From Marsupella aquatica (Eukaryota > Plantae > Marchantiophyta), in contig OZ316893.1 of assembly GCA_973895155.1 (NCBI GenBank), positions 13,160,359 through 13,224,358 of the forward strand: DNA of 64,000 nt, in the 5' to 3' direction. The notes under the pieces were generated by a model. The model searched no databases, had not been told where the DNA came from, and was given only the letters and a program-made list of their open reading frames with translations. Shown here piece by piece: positions 12,675-27,208 of this stretch (positions are counted from its first letter, which is position 1; each line of letters begins with the position of its first letter). The position numbers were made by a program, and so were the translations under genes.

Positions 12675-15600
12675 TTACACCTGGATGGTGACTGCCGAAA
12701 ATTCACCATCACTATGCATAGGAAGACGAAATTTGACAAATCCGGTAAACGAGTCATATTCGACATCGACGTGCTTACTGTTGATACACACTGACAGGGG
12801 TTCTTTGGAAGAATACGCTCCAAATTCCCCACAGCCTTGTAAGGCCATCTTTATTACCGCCATGGGTAATGAACCGCCATTGGAAGGTGTGGAAACAGAC
12901 TCGAGTGGCTCGACATTTCCGTCCGAGTTGAACATCTGAATCAGACCGTGATCATATACTTCGTAAGACAATGATTGGATAGCGCCGCCAGAATTGAACA
13001 TCTTGGTAAGCCCAACTGGGGCAAAGGACAGTCCAGGTCCAAGACTCTGCGCAGGCGACAATCGGCAAATTGGTCAGGATAGAACAGAGTTTAGGGTTTT
13101 AGGATCCATTCTAAAGGTTAACTGAACTAGATCTGTTCGTCTGGAAGAAGCAACCTCTCAGTTTGGAACATAGTCCCAGTAAGAGACGAATTAGATCGGC
13201 CAGGTGGGATTTCACCAAAGTAAAAGAAACGATCTCCTTGCAAAGCTCCAGTCTTCCGATTACGTTGCTACTGACCTTAACTGGGAAGACGGTGAAGATT
13301 TCGTACTCCAAAACCTTCAATGTAACAGGGAGAACGGCGCTTTTGGGCAAGCGGATTAATTCACCTGCAAATTGCCGAGCCACATTAATTGGTTATGCTG
13401 CAATATACTTGTGTGTGTTAACGGGCCAGCGAAATCTATAAAACCGAATACTTATATTCTAACGGTAAATGAATGGATGCAATCCGCTCTCACAATGATC
13501 TAAATGAACCAAAGCAAGAAACATCGGAAGGTTGGATGTTCGCACATTAGCGGTGGAAAATATGGAATATTACCTCCCCGGTGACTATACATAACGCAGT
13601 CTCCATTCCAGTCTTCATCAGCAACTTCTGACAGGAAATTAACATCAAGAGCATGGACGCTGCCTGTAATCGTATTTGGGGAGGGATCATGAATGGCATA
13701 CTTCTTATCCACTTTACACCAACCAGCGCCTTGACAGTTGAAAGCACCAATTACTCCTCCGTGTCTGTTCATGTTCCAGATCTTCAGCAGACTGGGAATC
13801 CACCACCAACGGATGTTAGCGTCTTCCTTCGATCAATCTGTTTTCATCCCATTAATTCAGACTCATTCGAACAACACTTTGGTCTATAAATTTACATAAT
13901 CCTCGAGCGAATTCTAAAATAGAATTCCTCACGACTAACTTTTCTTTATCGTATCATTCGTCTTATCCACTCAAGCAATTTTTTGATCCACTGCGTTGCA
14001 TAAAACAAACAGAAAATCACCTGAAGCCATTCCGAGCAGGATCCGTGAACAGCGAATCCCGGCTCGGCCGTCCCGGAAGCCGTGCACGCAGAACACTCCC
14101 ATCAGGCAGAACAGTTTTCTTCAGCAAATTGAAGTCGTGTTGTCCCGGCTTATCACTGCACATCGTCTCATGATAATGAGGAGAGACAAAGGTACCAGAC
14201 ATTCGCGATTCGAGTGCACCACCAATTCACGAAAGTTCTGTTTCACATCTGGATCATCTTCCGAGCTGAAGACGAAGAAAGAATAAGTAAAAATTACTTT
14301 GGTAAGACCATGAGAGATAGGAGGTGAATCCAAAAGTACCTCACGTAAATTGCACAGCCCCCAATAGCACGTGCAGCAGCATGGAATTCTGCAGCAGGAT
14401 GTAAACTCTGCACATAACAAGGGGAACATGAATCCAGAGCTAAAACTGGTGGCAAGGATTAATTTGTGAGACTGGACTGAACGGATGAATTGGTGTTCAC
14501 GGACAATGTTTCCAAACGCGGAGGAAGGAAGAAACATAGAATTGGACTGAGAGTGAGACATCTGAGAAAGTGGGCTAGATATGCTTGAAATCTTACTTGG
14601 AACATGTCCCAATCAGGCTGAGTCAATTCCCCGAGCAACAGGCTGTTGTATGCTACCGATGCGATATGGATTGTGTGCGAAGCAGGGTCGCGAGGCCAAA
14701 AATCATCGGAAGCTCTCACTACTGCCGTCTGTTTCCAGCTACAAAATCGATACATGGAGAGCTAGAATGAGAAAAAATGTCACACATTCATAGCACACAT
14801 TCGGGTGCTTAATGTCATACGTGGGTTGTCCTAATACTAATCTTCTGAGGTGAATCTCTCGCCGAACTAGCTAAACTTAATCAATTACGATTGTAAGTTA
14901 CCTTAATCAATTACGTTTACGATTCACCTTGATTCATCGAATACGATTACAATTTATTTTGAGTAATCAGTCAAGATCAAAACTCGTGATGAGTCAAACC
15001 ATTCATCCTAAAATTCATTAGTGCTTCGGTTAATTAGATCCACGGAGGAGAATTTACGCGGCCCCCCCCCCCCCTTCACTACACATGAGAGGCATGCTAG
15101 CCTCCCAATATGTATCTTTGAATCGTTTCTTGACCTCATAACTTAATTGCTCTTTCTGCATTCTCTAAACGCTTAAGAACCAATACAGTACAGTTCCACC
15201 TTGTTGTCAAAGAAGAGGTCAGGGAATGGACTCTACCTGTAAATTGTATCTGTATTGTGGCACATACAAGCGATGCATCCATTGCCCGGAAAGTTATTGG
15301 CAATAGAAGCCTCCAATGCCTGCTGAAATTTCCTTGTGACGGACACACGACCTCCGAAGGCTGCTCCCAAAGTCTCCAATATAGCTTGAGCGTCCACTTT
15401 GACGCCATCCACGCCGACCTCACGTAAGTATCTGTGGAGCTCATCATAGAAGGTATAGATATAATCTGGGCCAACCAGGCCTACCCCATTCACTGTGAGG
15501 CTGTCAATTTCCATATCTGGTTGATTCTCCAGAATAGTTGGAGTATGAACTGGATAAGTCACGATGGATTTGTAGTGCTCCGTCGTCTCTAAGCCCGGTT

Positions 15601-18600
15601 GTACTCCTCCCCAGTAGCCAGTAAGAGCATGCCACACGTAAACGTACCTGCATATGGACCACATCAAAATTATCAATGTTTTTGTTTTAGATTCACCGAC
15701 TAGGATGCAACCCTACGACAACAGTGATTGACGACGGAAGCTCGTGAAGAAAGACGGTGACGGTCCCGGCACACTATAAACTGGAACACTAAGGAAACCG
15801 AACAAAAGACCTGGAATGCTCTAGTTACGATTCCTAATCCACGACTCGGGATATAATCGCTCCGCTGTTCCAACTTGCATGAACAGGATTTTCATTCAAG
15901 ATTAATTTGTGATGCATAGAACAATATATGTAGCTTAGAGAAGATGTGGCTTACTTAAGATCAAGTTTTTCTTTGGCCTCACTGACAATGTGTCGGAGAC
16001 CGAGGCTTTGATCACCTTTTTGGAACTTCGCATTCTCTTTGATGCTTGTAAGCCTACTGCTGTACCTGAACAAAGGAAAACTCCCGAATGTGAACAAGAA
16101 AAGTGATACCCAGTCAAAGCTCTTCATTAACCCAAATGCAGGAGTAAAAGACAACCAATTGGGGTGGTAAACTACTCTCAACTGCATAACAGTACTTACT
16201 GTGTACCCTGAGTTACAGCAAGAGGCGCCTTGGGCCTTTCATCGGCAACAGATTGCCAGCCATCATCAATGATCAGAAAACGAGCTGGAGTGCCACCTTC
16301 TGCCAGACTGTTTTCCATACCACAGCGTGCGAGACATTACTTTTAGATTCCCAAAGAATCTGATGTCTCGACGCACCATAATATCTGCAAAGCATGCATT
16401 TGATGTCCCTTGAGAGACTCTCTCCACAGCAACTTTAACATCAAAACCGACTTTCGATTCTGTCTAGGGCTGGACCTATTAAACGCTTGGAGAAGGAGAG
16501 AGGCTTGGAGGCTCATACCTCTTCAAGCCGCTCAAAATCCCGTCAGCAGTTACATCAGTGTAGAAAGCATCCCATGTACACCACCCAAAGTAATCAAGCA
16601 TACCTGGCATCTGTGAATCCAACAGGTGCCTTAGATATAGATACAGGCTCATACGGCAGGGATCAGCATGTTGGTTACTTCTTATCGTAATACTTAGAAA
16701 TGTCACCCACAGTAAAGGTGGGTATCCCAACTGTGGAGAAATCTCCCACACCACTGTGAGGACTTCACGTAGCATTCCAGTCTATTTGATAGAAAAAAAA
16801 TCTATCCACTTCACAGCCGTGTGAACTTGGTAGGCACTGAATAGGCTCACAATCATAGGCAGATCTTAGGCAAATGTCCATTGTACAGTGCTAACATCTG
16901 ATTAGCTCTAGGATATATATACTAATAATTCGGTTCTATCTTCCAGCAAAACATTGTGAGGTTTTAATGACAGTCGTTCCAGTACTCAGTCAGATATATC
17001 TCTCTAATTTTCAAAGTTCTACTCTAGATCCATAACCTAAAGCCAGGATAGACTCTATCGCTACCGACAATAGACAATACTCAACTTTCATTCGAGTGAA
17101 AAGGTTCACAAGTATGAATATCTCCAAGTGGTAGATACTCTATTACATTTGGAAAATAGTTTTTAATTAGCAATCCTACAATATCAGTTATTTAGAACTG
17201 GTCATTGACTTCTTTAGGCTTTTTTAGGCGCTGTGAAAAGATTCCTGTTGTAAAGTGTTTAAAGGGCACTGTGTTTATACTTTATAGCGGCTTACATGTA
17301 AAGTTGTCTTACATCACTACCGTAAGACTGTTCAGAGCTACTTATGCAAAGAGACACCTCTCACCTCCTTCTCCTCGCGCCGACGAAAGGATTGTAAATG
17401 TTCTTCGACAGCCCTGCAAGCATAAAGCTCGAGTTAAGAATGGGTAGCTGCCATATATGGCTAGTTGAGTGGTTAGTCTCATATAGGGGTCCTGAAAAGG
17501 TTTCGTCATGGCGCTCCTGTTTGGACTGCACTGGGCACTTTAGCCCACTTTAGCCCACTTTTGCCTGCATCCCTTTTTGACATGATTTGTGAGTTGGGTT
17601 ATAAGTACGTGTCTTAGAATATCACGAGTCCTCGTGCCACCGCGATGGCTAAGATCTAGAGCATGGCACTTGGCACTTGGCACTCTGTCTGGATTTAGCG
17701 TTTCTCGTCATTCCAGATGGAAGCTAGTCTTAGCTCCAAAGAAAGCGTCGTTTTGCAAATTAAATATTCATTGTTATGACTAGCTCCAAAGTGATGATGT
17801 ACACCATCCATCAGCCACGCCTTGAAGATCTTCCAAGCGTTTGACGAGGTTTCGATACGAAACACCTGATGACATTGGAACGACAGAAGATTGTGAGACC
17901 CACAATGAACGAGACCGTAAAGCTTGGAAGTACCGACTGGTACTACCGCGATAGGGCATCGCATGATTGCGGCGGCTTAGACAGAAGGAGATACGGACAG
18001 AATGCTTTACCTTACAGCGTCCTCGATCACCACAAACGGATCTGCTCCTGTATTAATGTAGACTGAATGTAGCCCCTCTGAAGTTTGGGCTCCCGAGTCC
18101 CCTGGAGGATCCGAGAAGTCACGTTAACTCCTCATCCTATCGCCAAACCATGAGCTGATCAAATTGCTCAAATTCAGCGTCATCAGGCTGCAGAATTCCG
18201 AAACGCGTTTCGACGTCCAAACATCAAATTCAATCTTGCCTTGAAAATATCAGGTTGTACGAAGACATGAGCTGGTAAAACTCACCACTTTCGACGCACA
18301 GTTCTAATTCGTTGAGTTTATTGCCTTGGAGTGATGTCCTGAATGCATTCTCAAGGAGAGGCAGACAGACGGTGTAAATTGTACGGTCTTCGAAACCGTT
18401 GTCCATTTCTCTCGCTGGGGACTCGTCCTGACTCTCTATTAACAGAAACTGCGTCTCCATGGGCACTTCGTTTCCATAGGATCCCATTCTCTGAGTCATC
18501 CACCAAATTTTGAAACGGAAGCAGCACATGAACCGTAAGTTCCTGAAAATTCATCCATGGCCGAGTTGAGTGTGAGCTTTTCCTTAATGTTATGTTTAGT

Positions 18601-19241
18601 GGGCACAGTAAAGTAGGATAAAGCACAACGGAACCTCCCACTTAGATTAAACGGGAGCGAGAGACAAAAGTGCAAAATGTTCATCCCGCGGTAGTCGTTA
18701 TTCTGTCATGGGCTCTGCTTGTACATGGCCAAGGGGGATGCACTCATTCAAGAGCTAGTTAAAACTGCAGGAACCTCTCACTGACACAAGGATTGACAGA
18801 AGCGAGAATGTGGATTAACAATGCAACATCGCTTGCCTGTGCCTGTAAATTGTGAACAGAAATTTACAAAATCTACAAAAGATTGAATGCTTCTATGCAA
18901 GCGCTTAGATTCTGGGAAAAATCCAGGCTACGCAGAAACGAAGTTCCGAGTATATCACTGCAGTAAAGCCTTGAGAGGCAGTTTCAGAAACGCTCGACGC
19001 TAGTCTACTGATTGCAAAACACATTCAAGCTGTCAGATTGGAATGCTTACTCAAGGACACCAATGGGCAACGTATGTCTCGCAGCCCTCACTGCATTGTT
19101 GAATCCTAAGAATGCGCCATTCGCGAGACCAGCACCCGTGTCAGGAGTCAGTACAATGTTGTCCGGCACCCCGGAAAGGACACCTTTCCCGTAGACGAGA
19201 AGTTTACCATTCTCGATTTTGATATTCTCGCAGCTCGCCAT
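12675..19241 (-). CDS. SIP2: GH36 raffinose synthase / alkaline alpha-galactosidase (seed imbibition protein, SIP1/SIP2 type), multi-exon
   Basis: Exon motifs in order: [142 protein letters not shown]. First exons 19241-19051, 18542-18286, 18101-18011, 17413-17365. The start could lie further upstream, and the orthologue name is tentative. Confidence 0.92.
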
Positions 19242-20349
19242 CAGATCTCTTGGAGATAACGCAGAAGGCCAACTTCCCACTGATGCCGAGATAGCCGGAT
19301 ATGTAGATGTGGCCTCGCCCGGCCTGTTGTGCAGGAGACGAGGAGGTGCGGGAATTCTCTTTGTCAGACCAGACACAGACTCTCGTTTAGATAATTTCTG
19401 TCCTATCCGATGAACAGCACAACGAGTAGAGCAGCCAAATCCTCTTACAAATTGAAAATCACTATGTTCACAACAGTTTTTCTGTTGGAGTGACAAGGAG
19501 CTCCAACAAGCAGGGACATTAGATTCCCGTCGTCCCGGTCCAAGAATCAACCGGGAACCGGTTGTAACCTTCAAGCAATCCAGAATGAAGTGTCCTCAGG
19601 AGCAGCGGTCGCTGCTCTCCTCAGATGGACTCAAATCACTCAACCTTTAAATTGACGTCGCTCTCTGCATCTACCAGTGGGCAGACGACAGCCTCAACCG
19701 ATTTCAAATGCTTCTTCTCAGCAACAACAATAACGCGCATCCAGCCAGCCTGCCAGAACAACAATTGCATAGAATCGCTCGTAAAATTGCCGTGACCAAA
19801 ACAACTACTCATCATCACCAAGAAGCCGTGACGGCCTCCTCGCGCTCCTCCTTCCTCATCACAAACCAAAGAAGATGAACGACCTAGCCGAACCAATTCT
19901 TCTCTCGGAGGACATCGATCGCTTCGTCGTCGAGAGGCCAATCCGATTCCGCAACCCGTGCGCCTTCCGAATCAACGTGTACCACTCGGCACCGATCTGA
20001 ATCGATCCGAATCGCCTCACCACTCTGTTTCCGTAGTTCACGACACGAAGAAGAGCGGTGCATGAAGCGAAAGAAGGGGAGAGCGTATTGTCCCCTCCTA
20101 TTTATGCGAATTTCGCTTCGTGGCAAAAGCACGATGTTTCCGTAAATGGGCGTGGTGGGCCCTACAGTAAAGTTCGGAAAAGTCCTTTTACCTCCGGTAA
20201 AAGTTCCAGTACAGTACTGTCACACGTGTTTGAGGCTTACTTACGAAACTTTCCTAGTATTAAATCTTCCAGCGAAATTTATAAATTAGGAAGAAACAAA
20301 GTAGAATGAAAGGAATGAAAAAAGAGTTACAAAGGGGACAAACTACTGT

Positions 20350-20571
20350 AGTAATAATAGTTTGAGTAAAGTTGGAGTACTTTGATAAGAGTTTTGGGGC
20401 CTACTTACGAAACTTTACTACTAATAATAGTTTGAGTAAAGTTAGAGTACTTTGATGCGAGTTTTGGGGCTTACTTACGAAACTTTACTAGTAATAACTG
20501 TTTGAGTAAAATTTGAGTACGTTGATACGAGTTTGAGGCTTACTTACGAAACTTTCCTAGTAATAATAGTT
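20350..20571. repeat. ~70-bp tandem array, left part (target of the MULE insertion)
   Basis: GTAATAATAGTTTGAGTAAAGTTGGAGTACTTTGAT..GAGTTTTGGGGC.TACTTACGAAACTTTACTA units at 20351, 20421, 20491, 20560. Confidence 0.9.
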
Positions 20572-20655
20572 GAGTTATATGCTTGATGGGCCCTCTACGG
20601 AACCTTTCTTACCTGATGGGCCCCTATGGAACTTTTTTTACCCAATAGGCCCCCT
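20572..20655 (+). repeat. MULE left TIR
   Basis: GAGTTATATGCTTGATGGGCCCTCTACGGAACCTTTCTTACCTGATGGGCCCC... is the reverse complement of 52649-52732; contains three internal TGATGGGCCC-like motifs. Confidence 0.95.
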
Positions 20656-21298
20656 GTCAGTATTTTTCGTCAGAAGTTCTTATCATGGGCACTATAACGG
20701 GATTTTCCGCCTTGCAGTGACCAACCACGTTTTTAAAAAAGACTATGGTCAACCATGACTCCAGGCAAACTGCACGGTCGGACCGTGCGGTCGACCCTGC
20801 ATGGTCAATCAACAAACCACAGAAATTATCCGGGACAAACCGCGAAAAGCCGCCACTGCCAAAACTGCGATGTGAAGACAATATTCATTATGTCTTCGGA
20901 TTCGCAATTTTACCAATGGTTGGGTAGTCATGACGTTTGCTTGTATGGGTTTTTTGCTGACTCAACACCGTGCAAGAGAAACACGTGAAACCGCGGACAC
21001 GAAGTGGGAGAAACAAAGAAATATGTGGGAGAAACACGTGAAATCGGGGACATGAAGTGGGAGAACCACGAAAAGCCGTCGCCGCTGCCCAAGCCGCGAC
21101 TTGAATACAATATGGATTATGTATTCAGATTGAAATTTTTACCGTATCGCAGGGTCGTCATTAGGTTTGGTTTTCACACGGTGCACACGGGTTTTTCACG
21201 ATGTTTTCATGTGCGGCTGACAGCGTCAGTGCGGAGTACCTGCAGAGTACCTCCAAATGTGCACAGTGAATATTGAAGTCCAATGATCACAGTCTCCT

Positions 21299-24200
21299 AT
21301 GACAATGAACATGTCAGGTGCAGATAAAGAGGATAATGAAGCAGTGCAAGTGCATCTCTGGCGTAGAGGGGACGTATGCGATGTGGACATCCCGGAGGCT
21401 GACGGACCGCCACCTCAAGAGAGTCCATGTTTTGGAAGGAGAAAGAGACCCGCCTCAAACCTGGCAGCAATTCTGGAAGGGAAGAGTCCTGAGCAAGGTG
21501 AGAATTTGGTTTGCTGAAATGTGGGGGTGTACTTGTTGTTTACTATGCCTGAATGCCATCTCACGGCGCACTTGTTATGAAATTAATAGAACCTGGTGCG
21601 ATGGAGGAAACACCTGATAAATGACTCCAATGCATTTTGGCTCCAATCTACAAGCTTGTGTTATCTTCCATGAAGATCTGTCTTCCTTGTCATTCAATTG
21701 TCAATATGGATCAATATTTATTTAAACTCATGGAATGCTTCTCTGGACTGCTTCTCTGGACTGTGGATTCAATTGATTTGGTCTTCTGTTGCTGCCTAGT
21801 ACCTATATTGCCTATATCGCGAAAGAATTGGCTTCCGGATTGGAGAAGCATTTTTAGACATAAATCATTATGTCTTCACATAATTTCGTGTCCAGATTAT
21901 CGTTTTCCAAGGTGAGAATTTGGTTTGCTGAAATGTGCGGGTGCACTTGTTGTTTACTATGCCTGAATGCCATCGCACGGCGCACTTGTTATGAAATTAA
22001 AAGAACCGAGTAAAATAGAGGAAACACCTGATAAATGACTCCAATGCATTTTGGCTCCAATCTACAAGCTTTTGTTATCTTCCATGAAGATCTGTCTTCC
22101 TTGTCATTCAATTGTCAATATGGATCAATATTTATTTAAACTCATGGAATGCTTCTCTGGACTGTTTCTCTGGACTGTGGATTCAATTGATTTGGTCTTC
22201 TGTTGCTGCCTAGTACCTATATTGCCTGTATCGCGAAAGAATTGGCTTCCTGGATTGGAGAAGCATTTTTAGACATAAATCATTATGTCTTCACATAATT
22301 TCGTGTCCAGATTATCGTTTTCCAAGGTGAGAATTTGGTTTGCTGAAATGTGCGGGTGCACTTGTTGTTTACTATGCCTGAATGCCATCGCACGGCGCAC
22401 TTGTTATGAAATTAAAAGAACCGAGTAAAATAGAGGAAACACCTGATAAATGACTCCAATGCATTTTGGCTCCAATCTACAAGCTTTTGTTATTTTCCAT
22501 CAAGATCTGTCTTCGATGTCATTCAATTGTCAATATGGATCAATATTTATTTAAACTCATGGAATGCTTCTCTGGACTGTTTCTCTGGACTGTGGATTCA
22601 ATTGATTTGGTCTTCTGTTGCTGCCTAGTACCTATATTGCCTGTATCGCGAAAGAATTGGCTTCATGGATTGGAGAAGCATTTTTAGACATAAATCATTA
22701 TGTCTTCACATAATTTCGTGTCCAGATTATCATTTTCCAAGGTGAGAATTCAGTTTGCTGAAATGTGGGGGTGCACTTGTTGTTTACTATGCCTGAATGC
22801 CATCGCACGGCGCACTTGTTATGAAATTAGCAACCTGGATTGGAGAAGCATTTTTAGACACAAATCATTATGTCTTCAAATTATTTCGTGTCCAGATTAT
22901 CATTTTCCTTGAATGAACTATCCTTGAGTGAGTGTATTGAACTTATTGTACCTCTATTGTTTCTGGACTTTGGAAGCATTCGCCTGATTTCATTTCATCT
23001 TCTGTCCCTACACAATAATGGATTTATAGATATGTCCCCAAATAAGTCACAAGGTGTAGTGTCTCTGGACTGTAGAAGTATGTGTAGACGTTAATAATGT
23101 TGTCTTCACACTGTATGTACAACATCGCTTGCAGTGGAAGCAGAGGCAGCCAGAATTCGCTTGGGCGAGCGATTCAGTGATTTTGAACAGTTTGACTGTT
23201 GCTTAGATTCATGGGCTGTCATGAATGGCCGTGTGGTTTCCAGATATAAAAGTAAAGGAAGCTTTCGAACTAGAGTGTGTCGATTTAGCAATCCTGTAAG
23301 AAAAGTTTCCAGGATTCCACCTACTCCAGGAGAATGCAATGGTGGTTTGGTAGCTGAAGATGCTGCTGCTGATAATGATGATGATCAAGGTGAAGGCCAA
23401 CATGATCGCCAAGATGAAGAGGAAGAGGAATCTGAAGATGAGCTCTTCTGGCACTATGACAGTCGATATGGGGAGTACACTGGCTTCCGTGACAAAGGTT
23501 CAGGGAAGTCTAAAACTAAGGGTCCTGCTCAGAGTCTAAATCCACATGCACAATCTATACTCACAGCAGAACAGGTAAGTGCTCACGTGCTTTCACCAAT
23601 TCCGGCAACTATCCCTTGTTGCCTTTTCAGTTTTTATGACAATGGGTGTCTTTGGGCATTGTGTAGGTGGAAGACATTGAATTTGAGAAGGCTATACTAC
23701 AGATGACAGGATCCCAAAAGCAAGTTCGTGCTCAGAAAATTGTTTGGATGAGCAAGCAACCCAGAGTCACCGCCACACTCCCACCAGCCTTGGGAGTCCT
23801 CACAAGCAGACCTACAGCAATCATCAAGCATACTAGTGTTTGGTTGCCTGGCAGGAAATCAGGCAACAAATCAGCAACTAGAGCATGTGGGGAGATGTCC
23901 AGATTCAGGCCGCCTGAATCTTATGATGAAGAAGGTGTTGATACTTCTTTGTCTTGCCCATTTCGAGTTCGTTGTCATCGGCAAGCAGAAACAGGGGCCC
24001 ATGTGATCACAGTGTGTGTGGGCGTGTGTGATCTCAAACACACTTGTGCAGCGTCAAAACACAAATGGAGAGGCCCAACACAAAAGTCGATTTGGTTGGG
24101 CGATACCTTGGCTCCAAGAGTAACACGACATTTGAAAGTGCCAGTGAAAGAATTACTAAATGGCTTCCAGGGGGACTACAAGAAGAGTACCACTTACCAC

Positions 24201-26685
24201 CAGATGTGGCGGGCTAAGGACTATATTAAACATATTCACCTTGGTGGACAGGAGGACACGTTCAGAATGATACCGGCACTCATTGTTAGGTTGAGGGAGG
24301 CTGACCCTGCTTGCATTGCAAAGTGGTCTCCTATGGAAGACTCTAACATTTTCTGCAGAGCTTTTATTTGCCCATCGGCTACAAGGAAAGCTCTCCAATT
24401 AGTTCAGCCATTGATTTTGCTTGATGCCTGTCACACCAAGAACAGAAAGTACCCCACTCAACTCTTCTTGGCAACATGCTTAGATGGCAATGCACAGAAT
24501 TTCATACTTTGTTATGCAGTTGCTCCAGTGGAGAACATTGAGAATTGGATTTGGTTTCTTCAACTAGTTGACAGAGCCCTCTATGGCATTGAATCCACAA
24601 TCATGCCAATCATATCAGATTGCCAGAAGGGTCTGGTTCCTGCAATTAGAGAAGTATGGCCAGGTAAGATCCATGCAGCTTGTGCCAATCACTTGAGGGC
24701 AAATGTCAAGACCAGGCATGGCAGAACAGCGGCTAATATATTCACTGGTTGCATTTATGCAAACGACATAATTCAGTGAGCATTACATACCTTTCCTTTC
24801 ATTTCTCAATTGCCTGTTGTAAGACATTCAATACACTATATATATACATAATGATGAATGTCTTCATTGCAATTCACAATACATATACATAATGATGAAT
24901 GTCTTCATTGCGATTCACAATACATATACATAATGATGAATGTCTTCACTGCGATTCACAATACATATACATAATGATGAATGTCTTCACTGCGATTCAC
25001 AATACATATACATAATGATGTATGTCTTCTATGTGCCTCTATATGGGTGTGTACTGAATGCTTCAGTACACAAATGTGCATACATTTAATGATGAATGTC
25101 TTCTGTGTGCCTTTGTATGGATGGCTTGTCAATGTTTTTAGTACAAAAGTGTGCATACATAATGATGAATGTCTTCTATTTGCTCAGTACATTAGATGTA
25201 GACAAGATTATTTGTCTTCTCTCTGCTATTGTAACCGTCTGGTGTCCCCTCTGTGGCTGTATAACAGGTATGAATCTTGTTTGAGGCGGCTATCCAGTGC
25301 CGTAGATTCAAGTAAGTCAGATGATGTTGTAAACTACATCAGAACTTTTGATGTTAGACAGTATTCTCGGATGGCCTTCCCACTTCCACGGATGGGCAAG
25401 GTTACAAGTAACCCTTGTGAGCAAGCTAATTCAGGGTTATTGCCATTTCGGGAATTTGCCCCTTTCAAGTTATTAGTGAAACTTTGGATTTACATGCAGC
25501 AGAAGCTTAAAGACAGGAGAACAACAACACTTGCTAGACAGGAAGCATTGACAATTCCAGCCCTCATCAGATACAACAACAACTTGAAAACTTTTGGTCA
25601 ATGGCAGGTAAACATTTCAAATCTGACTTTCAAATCTGACTTGTACTAGTGTGGTAAGGTTCAATGTCTCGATCTCAATGTCTGCTGACATTCAGTAATC
25701 AAACAATTGACATGGGCAGGTGTTTGATGATGGACAATCCACTGCAAAAGTACAAACAACATCCGGCAGTGAAGAGTATCTTGTGTCCCTAGCACCCAAG
25801 AAAGCTTGCTCATGTTTTGAACTAAAAGGAATGGTGTGGCCATGTGAGCACATCATGGCATGGGATGACCAGGAAGGGCGGAACCCATCTGCACATTTTC
25901 ACAGGTGTTGGCGAACAGGTTCATTGCTTGCTTTGTATGATGAGGTCATGCCTAGCTTTGTTGTAAGTGACCTTCAGTTGAGTCCTACTTGTGCCCCTCC
26001 AGAGGTTGCTGTGAAAAGGGGTCGTCATAGGATGGTTCAATTCCAGCAAGGTGATCGAGGTACAAGGCATGGACCCAGGGCTATTAGAGAAGGAGAAGAT
26101 GTGGTTTACAACACCTCAGGAGAACGTTTCCTGAGGTACCCAGTGTTTGATGACCCCAACAGGGTGGAACCATTTCCCGGTGCAAACACTTCTGCTGGAC
26201 TTCCAGGGATTCAAATTCAGCCACGTAAGAAGAAGCTGCGCCAGTATACCGGCAAGTGTAGGTGCTCCAATTGTGGAGAAGCTGGACACAACAGAAGGAC
26301 TTGTCCCAAAATTGCAGAGGTACAGGATTCCTCAATAAACCACTAAGTTCATTGTTGAGTTTATTACTGATTGTGCGGGTGGGTTCGCTTTTGTTACCAT
26401 TTCATTGTGCAGGTGGATAATGCTGGTTCACATACAGATCATACTCAGTGGTCACCTCTTCCAGGACAAGACCTGGTGGCAATTGAATATTCTATTCCTT
26501 CTACAGCACCAAGCACAGGCATTGGTCCAGACAGCACAATTGCAACAAGACATGATGATCCTTTTCACTCTTACAATGGACCCCCTGAAAACATGCAACG
26601 ATACTTAGAGTTGGCAGAGGAGGTTGCCATGGAGTGCCGAGGCTTTGGATCACAGTATCAGGAAGATATCACTTCATTTGACTAG
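21299..26685 (+). CDS. MuDR/MULE transposase (MURA-like) with DDE core, SWIM finger and CCHC knuckle; appears intact
   Basis: Phase-consistent GT-AG exons 21299-21497, 23135-23574, 23667-24775, 25268-25607, 25720-26319, 26413-26685. Motifs LLDACHTK (D), IISDCQKGL (D), CANH (CxxH), TSNPCEQANS (E), CSC..WPCEH (SWIM), CSNCGEAGHNRRTC. Confidence 0.9.
21494..22910. repeat. ~415-bp tandem repeat, three copies plus a deleted fourth, in transposase intron 1
   Basis: CAAGGTGAGAATT unit starts at 21494, 21908, 22323 and 22738. Confidence 0.95.
24843..25030. repeat. 41-bp tandem repeat, about 4.5 copies, in transposase intron 3
   Basis: ATACATAATGATGAATGTCTTCA.TGC.ATTCACAATACAT with period 41; further degenerate copies to about 25180. 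Confidence 0.92.
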
Positions 26686-26779
26686 TACTTCATTTGACTA
26701 ACTGTACTTCATGATATGGAACAAACAACTGCTTTGGTTGTGCCCTCAAGAATAGTTAACATAGAGCTAACTGGCATTT

Positions 26780-26981
26780 CAGTGTTCGTGTGATCGCGTT
26801 TTTTGAAGACATTTTTCATGTTGTCTTCAGTGTTCAAAAAATGATCGAGTTATTTGAAGACATTTTTCATGTTGTCTTCAGTGTTCAAAAAATGAACGAG
26901 TTACTTGAAGACATATTTCATGTTGTCTTCAGTGTTCAAAACATGATCGAGTTACTTGAAGACATTTTTCATGTTGTCTTC
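26780..26981. repeat. 51-bp tandem repeat, four copies, each with GAAGAC-N12-GTCTTC
   Basis: GAAGAC at 26805, 26856, 26907 and 26958. Confidence 0.93.
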
Positions 26982-27208
26982 ACATGCACTTTTGGATCCT
27001 ATGTCGACAGTGCGATATTAGGGTGACCGTTGCGGGGTTTAGGGCATCCTTAAACCGTCCCCCTGAGGTAAACCTGTTTTAAGCGCGATGTAGCATGCAG
27101 CGTAGCCCATTTGCAATGTCATGCAAGCGGGAGAGGGGAGTAGAGAGCAGACCATTGAGCAGGTTCAGAGGATAGCAGAGAGTAGTCGATTGAGCACACT
27201 GCGGGACA

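Noticed and set aside
21637-22687. Three near-identical short ORFs (MAPIYKL...)
   Set aside because: By-products of the 415-bp intronic repeat, with TTG starts and inconsistent ends.
26780-26981. Palindromic repeats with regular spacing that look like a CRISPR array
   Set aside because: The intervening sequences are near-identical rather than unique spacers, there are no cas genes, and the context is a eukaryotic transposon.
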